Shown here piece after piece: positions 44,788-52,595 of a DNA stretch of 52,595 bases. Source of the stretch: Craspedostauros australis (lineage: Eukaryota); the NCBI GenBank assembly GCA_030167865.1, contig JALAGF010003786.1:1-52595 (forward strand). The letters are read 5' to 3'. Positions within the stretch are counted from its first letter, which is position 1. Each line of letters starts with the position of its first letter. The translations under genes and the position numbers were made by a program. The notes below the pieces were generated by a model. That model had not been told where the DNA came from. It did no database searches and was given only the letters and a program-made list of their open reading frames with translations.

Positions 44788-45016
44788 CGATACGATGTGT
44801 ACTATTATACTATGATGTTAGTCTTGGTACATCTGTGCAATCAATACGACTCGTTCGAGCGGGTCATACCATACATTCATCAATCATCGGCCTCCAAGCT
44901 GCATTTGTATACAATTCCTCAAGCGGTGTATGACATTGCGCTTCCTGAATCCAGGCGTGTCTCAATTGCAGTCGTAGATGTATACATACATGCAAGTCCT
45001 CATCGCCGCATGTTGC

Positions 45017-46411
45017 CTACCACAACAGTGGCACCAACGAGTCGTTGAGGAACAGATTCCCGCCACTTAGGATCCTCTCACGATACTCAAAGTCTGCGCC
45101 AGATGTGTCGTGATTGTGTTCAGCATCTTCATCGTTCTTGTCTTTGTTGTCACATCCACCATCTCGATCGTCGGCTGCCTTGTTGTCATCCTTGGGTTTG
45201 CGTTGCGGATACCTCCAATCAAACCCAATGTCCAACAGTTTCCGCTTGCGCTCTCTCTCGAAAAACGTCGGCTGGCGGTACCCATTCGTCTCTCGGAACA
45301 TCTGCCGTTGCTGCGTCACCCAGTCCGCCAAGGCCACGTTCCCCGCCCATCCCGATGGGACGTTGGCGTGGCCAAACGCCTGGCGGTATTCGAGAAGCTG
45401 CTTCCACATGGTTTGCCAATTTGTGACATTGTTCAACGGATTCTGGTACAGCGAGGTGTGGGTTGTTGTTGTTGGTGCTGGTGGCTGTTTCTGTGCGGTG
45501 GAGGCGAATGGATGTGGATAGTACTGTTGAAGCTCTTTGGCTGCACTCTTGTTGTCCGTGGAAGACGACGAGCCGGTCTCCCGCTTCCACGTTGCGGTGA
45601 CAACAGCTGACTTTGAGGCGCTCTTCGACGCCATGGTGTTGCGAATCTTGAACGTGGACGCCTTGGGCGACACCGTACTCTTCCTTGCGGTCTTGGCCTT
45701 GCGCTTTTTCGCTTTGGGATCCTTCGCTAACATCTTTTCATTCTCTATCTTGTCCAAGCGTCGCAAGTACACAAGGAGTGAGACGCCGAGATCATGAATG
45801 CGCTGTTGGATGTAGACGTCATTCTTGACGGGAATGAGGAACTTGGACGTCGCATCATCGCCAAGCTTGTTGCTCTCCGTCTCGTGACAGCAATCCGCAA
45901 AGGAACCCATCACCTTCTTGCGCAATTCATCCGTGATCTTGCGATGGTGCACGCCGCCTGCTCGCACGTATTCCATCATGTACATGGAAATGCGGTACCT
46001 GTGGGACTTGTTGGCCTTGTAGAAGCTGGTGCGATAGACCATGAAGACGTTGAAGAAGGCACCGTAGAGTGGATGGTTGATGAGATCGTCCAAGGCGACG
46101 TCGTCGTCGAGACTGTCAATCATCTCCTGGGGTGGCAAGAGCACGAGCAGGTGGCCGCTGGGATAGTCGTTGCGACATCGCCTTTCTCGCACGGCCGTTG
46201 CGGATGGCTCAAACACTTGACGGGCGAATGGTGGTTGTGGTGGCTTTCTCCGCCTTGGCTTTGCCCTCACCTCTGGCTTGGCCCTCAACTCTGGCTTGGC
46301 CCTCACCTCTGGCTTCGACTCTGCCTTCGACTTTGACTTGGATTTTGTTGATGGCTTGGGCTTCGACTTGGGCTGCGGCTGTTTCTTCGCCTTTGGCTTT
46401 GACTGAGCCAT
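45017..46411 (-). CDS. Helicase-associated (HA) domain protein with K/P-rich N-terminus and a DUF6824-like segment
   Basis: C-terminal NWQTMWKQLLEYRQAFGHANVP...LADWVTQQR...LLDIGFDW matches the HA repeat consensus. NHPLYGAF...YKANKSHRYRI...YVRAGG...RKKVMGSFAD resembles DUF6824. 18-bp KPE[VL]RA repeats. Confidence 0.75.
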   Translation of the reverse strand: MAQSKPKAKKQPQPKSKPKPSTKSKSKSKAESKPEVRAKPELRAKPEVRAKPRRRKPPQPPFARQVFEPSATAVRERRCRNDYPSGHLLVLLPPQEMIDSLDDDVALDDLINHPLYGAFFNVFMVYRTSFYKANKSHRYRISMYMMEYVRAGGVHHRKITDELRKKVMGSFADCCHETESNKLGDDATSKFLIPVKNDVYIQQRIHDLGVSLLVYLRRLDKIENEKMLAKDPKAKKRKAKTARKSTVSPKASTFKIRNTMASKSASKSAVVTATWKRETGSSSSTDNKSAAKELQQYYPHPFASTAQKQPPAPTTTTHTSLYQNPLNNVTNWQTMWKQLLEYRQAFGHANVPSGWAGNVALADWVTQQRQMFRETNGYRQPTFFERERKRKLLDIGFDWRYPQRKPKDDNKAADDRDGGCDNKDKNDEDAEHNHDTSGADFEYRERILSGGNLFLNDSLVPLLW

Positions 46412-46886
46412 GCTTTCTCCTCTCTTTGATATTATAGAATATTATACTACTATAATAGTCGTAATACTGTATTGGTACCTACTATTCTACTATGGTTGTG
46501 AGTATTGCCGTTGTCCAAGTATTGCTCCCTCCTGATTGTCGTCGACGGCGTTCATGTCATCATGGAAGTGCGAGCAGACCACAGACCAAGGGGAACGGAG
46601 TCGTGGCACAAGATGGGCGAATTTTGAGAATTCAGATCCGTGACTCGCTAGTCACGGAGTGCGCCAAGGATCGCGAAGGAAGGATCGTGTCCACAAAACG
46701 AGAGCACAAACTGCCACGATCAACATGTGGAACTCACCAAGAGAGGAGAGACCAAGCAAAACCCGAGAGGGCGTTGTTGGCACAATTGCGTGGATCGGCA
46801 GCCGCATGAATACTCGCGCAAATGCTCCCGTTCAATTCCAAACCCACAAGATAGAGAGCAATCAAAGAAAGGAACGAGTGCAAACC

Positions 46887-47996
46887 ATGAAGCGCCTTTC
46901 CGATCTGGCATGGGTGGCTGTCGCCGTTGTGTGGGTGCGCAGCGTCACGTTGATGGGTGGGGCAGAAGCCAAGCGGCCTCCGATGGACAGCAGCAATGTT
47001 ATTGGCAAGATGGCCAACCATGCAGGCAAGCAAGAAGGGGGTCGTGCATTCATCGTTGCGAGCAAGCTGCAGGGGATTGCTGTGCGGGGTGGCGGCAACG
47101 GCATTGACGGCAATGGCAGTGACGGGAATGATGATGATGATGATATTGGAAAGGCCAAGGACGAGCAAAGCGCCAAGAAGCCAAAGAAAGAGAAGAAGAA
47201 ACCGACCAAGTCCAAATCGAACAAATCGCAAAGTGCCTCGAAAGAGGGAAGCAGCAAGAAGAACAAGGCAACATCCAAGCCATCCGCATCCGACACGCAG
47301 ATGTCACCAACAGTGCGAAGAATACGGACCGAGTACAAGGATGTCGTCGACATGGGGATCGCGTATGATTGGGTCAAAGGAGAGCCAGTCCGAAATCGCA
47401 AGTCACGCGCCAAAGCAAAGAAAGGTGAGAGCCAAGACAATCCCGAAGCGCTTCCGCTGGTGCTCGGACCACTGTCGACCAACCTGAAGCATTGGCATTT
47501 CTCGTTCCGTGGGTGCGGGATATATGCGGACGGTCTGTACCACGGCGTCATCATGCTGCCGAAGGACTATCCAGCGACGCCACCTCGTGTGCAGATGTGG
47601 ACGCCCAGCGGGCGGTTTCAAACTCACCGTAACATTTGCCTGTCGGCATCGTCATTTCACCCGGAATCCTGGAGTCCCAAATGGACGATCCTGGCTTTGG
47701 TGCAATGTTTGCGACTTCACATGCTGACGAATCCGCAGGAAATCGGGTCCATGACCAGCACGTTGGATCAGATGCAGAAATGCGCAAAAGAGAGCCTGTC
47801 GTGGAAGACGACCCTCAAGACGCAATCACAGAAGCACCCAAAGGTTGTCATCGATCACGGAAAAATGATGGAGCAGAAAGTCTTCGATTTTGACGATCCT
47901 GCAGACGATACCACCGCAACCCCGAGCAGCACTATCAGTGGAGGCAGCGGTAGTGATAGTCACAGCCACAGCAAGAGCAGCGCTGAGGAACATTAA
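46887..47996 (+). CDS. UBC6: Ubiquitin-conjugating enzyme E2 of the Ubc6/UBE2J class with N-terminal signal peptide
   Basis: PLSTNLKHWHFSFRG, YADGLYHGVIMLPKDYPATPP and TPSGRF...ICLSASSFHPESWSPKW (active-site Cys in Ubc6-type context). Leader MKRLSDLAWVAVAVVWVRSVTLMGGAEA|KRPP and VRGGG. Confidence 0.85.
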   Translation: MKRLSDLAWVAVAVVWVRSVTLMGGAEAKRPPMDSSNVIGKMANHAGKQEGGRAFIVASKLQGIAVRGGGNGIDGNGSDGNDDDDDIGKAKDEQSAKKPKKEKKKPTKSKSNKSQSASKEGSSKKNKATSKPSASDTQMSPTVRRIRTEYKDVVDMGIAYDWVKGEPVRNRKSRAKAKKGESQDNPEALPLVLGPLSTNLKHWHFSFRGCGIYADGLYHGVIMLPKDYPATPPRVQMWTPSGRFQTHRNICLSASSFHPESWSPKWTILALVQCLRLHMLTNPQEIGSMTSTLDQMQKCAKESLSWKTTLKTQSQKHPKVVIDHGKMMEQKVFDFDDPADDTTATPSSTISGGSGSDSHSHSKSSAEEH

Positions 47997-48900
47997 CAGA
48001 GATGGAGCAAGCTCGTGCAATACCCTTCGATGGCGAAGTCTGACCCTGAAGAAGACGATGAGACATCAGAATCATGTGCCAGCTGCGCTTGGTTCGTCAT
48101 AACTGTACAAATGATAGAGTTGCCTGAGCTGGGGTGGATTGGAGTGGAGTGGAGTGAAGTAGAGTATGTGTTGGAATAGATCGGGTTTGGAATAGTAGTA
48201 GACCATCAGCGGAGGAATTGATCTAGCTTTGTCGCATTCTTGATAGTGGTACTTTCGGGGAGGTGGCGACGACAGGGATGTCGTTTCGGATTTAGCTCAT
48301 GGACTTCGTTTGCTCTTCTTTGAAATTCTCTCCGAACATCACGAAGCGACGTGATTGGTCCATGCGTGGCACGCGACAAAAACACGTTTCTTTGTGGGGA
48401 TGAGTCAGTTGTCATCACATTTTGCGTTTTTGATGGGTGCGTACGACTTGTTGTCCGAGGTACGTACGGCTGCGACTTGTGGATCACTGCAGCCGATGAC
48501 AACCACAACTGCCAATGCAAACGCCACAACAGAACTGATGTGTGCGTTGTTCGGTCACAACCAACACAGCAAGATAGTCGTCAGCATCACTGTTGCACTG
48601 AGGGATTCCCCCACCACCACCGCACAACAGCAACACTCTTGTGCCCAGCTCGCACTCGACTCATCTGACGTGCCCATAGTGCCATCCATCCTTTCTAACT
48701 GCGGCATCAAAAGACCCAATCCAGAAAACTTGTGAAACCGTCATCAGAAGCGCAGATGGTCTCATTCATCACTCACTCCATCACTCCATCACCACATCCA
48801 TCTCCGCGCACCTTGCATCCGTACCAATACCAGTAATACCAGCACAACAATGAAGTGCAGTAGTCATACTCTTACTCCAAATCATACCATCAAGCAGCGG

Positions 48901-50073
48901 ATGATGTTCGCCTTGCTTATCGCGGCTGTAGTCACGCAAACGCATGCCTTCGTCAACGTTGCAAACCAACATCCACACGCACCACCGACTCCGAAGCCGA
49001 CGCGAACATCCTTGTTCGGTATCGCGGAATGGCGTGACCTCCCTCTGGACGAGAGCCTGCAGTATGACGGTGTCGCAGATTCGCTGATACGGCGCAGACT
49101 TCCCATCCACATGGTGGATTCCAAAGATGTTGTGCTGCCAGGACAAGAGATGCACTTCCATTGGAACGAAGACGAGGAAGTCCGTCTCTACCAACAGATC
49201 GTCGATGTGCACCAGGGCATGTTCGCGGTGGGATTGACGAAGTACGATGCCGAGACCGACCAGACGGGCGTGCTCGATACCATGCCTTTGTTGGAAATAC
49301 AGCAGCAGAGCCTGATGGGAGGTGAACTCGGGGTCTTCTGCCGTGCACGCGTAGTGGGCAGAGTGCGCTTGGAGAGTTTCGTTCTGGATGATGAAAACGG
49401 CAATGCGGTGACATTCGAGGGCATGGACAACCTCGAACTCAACGGCATGCCGTTGGGGGCGATCGTAGCGGAGCTAGAGGATGGAGACGTCCAGGAGAAG
49501 GACCTCGTGGATGCCAACCATCTCTGCGCATCCATCATGCACCTGCTACACGACACAAACGCCATCGAACAAAACATGAGCAATGCCGATGATGACAACG
49601 ACGAATGGATGTCCATCAACTTCGCCCCATTGTGCGACGAAGTCACGAGGCCGGCAGGTCAGGTCGAGTTTGTTGCGACACCGCGGGATTCCAAGTCGGG
49701 CGACGCTACACGTGACATGAATGACGACGATGGAGAGTGCTCTAGTCCGGATGATCAAGCCAACTCGCACTCCACAAGGTGGCAGAGATTCCAGGAAGCG
49801 TTCGATGAAGCTCTTCTGGCTGATAACATCGGATATCACATATCCGCGGAACAAGCGAGGCAGTGCGAGTCAGAGGACGAGCATCTGTATTCGTGGAAGG
49901 AGCTGAGCGCCCTCAGCTGGGCAGCATTCTCGACGTCCAGTGCATTGCACATCGATTCCGTGTACCGAGAGCATGCGCTGGGCATGGACTGCGTGGTGAA
50001 CCGGCTTAAGTTGGCAAACTTTTGGCTGACGGATGTGAGGGACGATGTTGCACGTAGCATGGAACAAAATTAG
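48901..50073 (+). CDS. Plastid-targeted Lon N-terminal (substrate-binding)-like domain protein without protease domain
   Basis: Signal peptide MMFALLIAAVVTQTHA|FVN; RRLPIHMV...VVLPGQEMHFHW...VRLYQQ...GMFAVG and CRARVVGRVRL resemble the LON substrate-binding domain. Confidence 0.6.
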   Translation: MMFALLIAAVVTQTHAFVNVANQHPHAPPTPKPTRTSLFGIAEWRDLPLDESLQYDGVADSLIRRRLPIHMVDSKDVVLPGQEMHFHWNEDEEVRLYQQIVDVHQGMFAVGLTKYDAETDQTGVLDTMPLLEIQQQSLMGGELGVFCRARVVGRVRLESFVLDDENGNAVTFEGMDNLELNGMPLGAIVAELEDGDVQEKDLVDANHLCASIMHLLHDTNAIEQNMSNADDDNDEWMSINFAPLCDEVTRPAGQVEFVATPRDSKSGDATRDMNDDDGECSSPDDQANSHSTRWQRFQEAFDEALLADNIGYHISAEQARQCESEDEHLYSWKELSALSWAAFSTSSALHIDSVYREHALGMDCVVNRLKLANFWLTDVRDDVARSMEQN

Positions 50074-50114
50074 AATACTTTACTCTGGTGTCTTTTGGCT
50101 TGAGTGGAGGCCAA

Positions 50115-51945
50115 ATGTTTTGGTAACCATTTGTAACGATTGGTAACTAGTCGTATGAGTCAATTTTGACGTAGACGCTGGTACATTTTGTACGTCAGTC
50201 CCACGCGAACCGGCCCAAAAACCACCAATTTTGACACAAACCTCCTCGGCAAGTCCAAGCCGCTCCGTTTGTTTGAGCTCTCCTTTCGTGAGAACTCTCA
50301 TGTGTGGCATTTCATCACCCTCTCCAACTTTGGTGGTGATTGAATGGGTCGTTGTCGAGATCTGTTCGTTTCTCTGGAGCCGCCACTCGTCGTTGCCATT
50401 CACGAATGCCAATCACCGCGATGTATCGTGGCGAATTTCTGTGTGCCTCAGCGCGTGTTAACACATGGTTGAAATGATCACAAAACAATGTGGTGCCAAC
50501 CGGTGCGTTCCTCACATGCTATGATCAGTTCCTTACATCCTGGTATCATCCATTGTGGCTTCGTTCATCGTACAACATTGCGGTTGCTGATATGGTTGAT
50601 AAGTTCTGCAATAGCGTTTCAGCTCTACTCCGGAATACAGTGCACCAGCAACCGTCTTGGCAAAAGCAACTTGGATGTATGTGCATCATTGTATCCATCC
50701 TGCTTGGGGGAGCAATGATCCCTTGGATATCAGCAGCACACAAGAGCAGTCTAGAATAGAGCAGAGTCGACTGTTTCGCACTGAGGAGTCGAATCTCGCC
50801 ATGCTCTGACCGCTCTTCATTGGATCCTCCACATCGCTGAGCATGTGCAACTGCGCCGCGCATAATTTCCACGCAATGTGCGCGCATTTTAGCATTTATT
50901 GCGTGTGCAATGTAGAGGCCAGTGTTCGATTGGCCATAGTTGCACTGGAGATCAGTAAAGAACATGAGGCTTCCTCCACAGAACGGTTCGAACGTGGTTT
51001 GATGGGGCATGAACAGCGACTGCGTCAACGACTTCACCCATCGCATGAGCATGAGATGCGTGGTTAGTCTTTGGGAGGGTGTAGCAACTGGCGTCAATGG
51101 AGACAGTTGTGGGGCCTGATCAGGAAGCGATGTTTCCTTGCAAGGATACCACGTGACAAAGCGAAGAACACAACTTGCAGTTGGTATATCTTTGGAGGAA
51201 GTTAGGTTCGAAGACCAAGGCTACATGGGCAGGTTAAGGAGAGGATACTGCGTCTATTGAAAGCAACGACACGATGATCCGACATCAGGGCAAGGCACAA
51301 CCTCGCATAAAGTAGCCAGACTCAGGTGAACAGCACAGTCCGACTCAACAACACGTAAAAAGCACGATAATTTTTGGCGCGAACTTTTGTGCGTTCACGG
51401 ATTGATGATCATGGCTGTCACGAGCATTAGTGACTAACTTTAAACACCCAACACAACACACAAAAGCACTCTGGACCTTTGACCAACACATCACCCGAAG
51501 CAGAATGAAGCGACGAATTCAACCATGCCATCCACTTGAGCAATAGACAAAACAGAATTGGATGCGGGTCTTTGGAAGACGGTTGGTCGAGGTTGGACGA
51601 CAAAGCAACAAATTTCTGTACCAGAACGTCGTAGACTCTACGTGGTTACCAATGGTTACCAACGAAAAAATCTGAAACCACGTCCGTATGTCGTCCGTAT
51701 GAAAAAGGCCGATCAAGGGTAAAAAGAGGCATCGAGATGAACATGAAGCGGAGACCGTTTGCAGACAATGAAGACATCAACAGAGAGCTCTCACTCTCCT
51801 CTTCCTAATGATGCAAAGATGTCAGGCAACGGCCATCAACTCATCGAATGGTTGCTTGTGCCGTCGGCGATATGCCAATGGTTACCAATAATTACCAATA
51901 AGTGCCAAAAAACCGGAAATTAGCCAATAGCCACTAGTCGTAGCC
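50115..51945. mobile_element. Degenerate putative DNA-transposon-like element bounded by inverted TTGGTAACCA repeats
   Basis: ttggtaacca-type 10-bp-period repeats at 50119-50148, and the inverse (tggttaccaa) at ~51643-51662 and ~51878-51900. Patchy ~70-bp inverted similarity between 50120-50190 and 51605-51665. No intact gene inside. Confidence 0.4.
50315..51000 (-). pseudogene. Decayed SAM-dependent methyltransferase-like ORF (DOT1-like motif order)
   Basis: FFTDLQCNYGQSNTGLYIAHAINAKMRAHCVEIMRGAVAHAQ resembles motif I (F-x-D-L-G-[CS]-G-x-G) plus the post-I GVE[IK] strand. The same frame continues through TGA/TAG stops to NAPVGTTLFCD. Confidence 0.35.
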
Positions 51946-52228
51946 TGGTGCGAGAAATATAAACTTTTTAACTGCAAGACCCTGGAGCTTGTAACTTCAC
52001 TAATATAGTATCTGCAACATAATAGGATGATTTAGCCACTTCTCTTCAGAATCGGCACGATTCTACTATCGTATCCTGAATGGGCTCATCTCATGAAATG
52101 ATAGGCTAATGTGGCCACCTCCACCGACCACCTCGGTCATCCTGTGTGTTCATTGCGACCTGTGCAGCTTCCTTCACATTGTCACACGGTGGTACGTCAA
52201 TACGTAGGAGTATACTTATTACTCTACT

Positions 52229-52364
52229 NNNNNNNNNNNNNNNNNNNNNNNNNNNNNNNNNNNNNNNNNNNNNNNNNNNNNNNNNNNNNNNNNNNNNNNN
52301 NNNNNNNNNNNNNNNNNNNNNNNNNNNNNNNNNNNNNNNNNNNNNNNNNNNNNNNNNNNNNNNN
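52229..52364. other. Assembly gap (136 N)
   Basis: Run of n characters. Confidence 0.99.
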
Positions 52365-52595
52365 CCATATATTTTCCTGGATTAGCCATTTGGAACGACA
52401 GCGTCAAGTTCCCATGGTTGTCCTTTTCTGGTCAATATTGGGTGAGCGAAGATGATGGCACCTAGCTTGAATCAGCTCCAGTGTGGCAGTGTGTGTGCTG
52501 GCACAATGGAGCCGTTCTCTCCCCCCTCGTCGTCCCCGCAGATGGATCACATCTGCTTCGAGTACTCCAATACAGCAGGAAGCAGTGACTCCAGT

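Noticed and set aside
1-52595. tRNA, rRNA or other structured RNA genes
   Set aside because: None recognised by eye; tRNAscan-SE and Infernal would be needed to exclude them.

Overview
Eukaryotic nuclear DNA, almost certainly from a diatom and probably a pennate. Evidence: GT-AG introns, bipartite plastid presequences with ASAF/THAF cleavage motifs, RXL-containing secreted proteins, KXXK silaffin-type repeats and ACA-rich 5' leaders. About 16 protein-coding genes can be supported: a YeeE/YedE transporter, plastid GPAT, cytochrome b5 reductase, a 1106-aa mucin-like Cys-rich secreted protein, a METTL21-type lysine methyltransferase, two paralogous two-exon secreted proteins, an HMG-box factor, a tandem fucosyltransferase-like protein, GDT1/TMEM165, a DnaJ membrane protein, an amino acid transporter, a PH/coiled-coil protein, an HA-domain protein, a signal-peptide-bearing Ubc6-type E2 and a plastid Lon-N-like protein. 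The most striking region is 6-20 kb, a cluster of three minus-strand secreted cell-wall or biosilica candidates. Two of them are hidden in the ORF track by introns. They share a Cys-containing N-terminal domain and an identical intron position but carry different lysine-patterned tails: a short K-x-x periodic tail in one, and a ~650-aa KG/KSSK/YYD silaffin- or cingulin-like array ending in RXL in the other. Two decayed, probably mobile regions (32.1-34.2 kb and 50.1-51.95 kb) and an assembly gap are also present. All homology calls come from motif recognition by eye, not from database searches.
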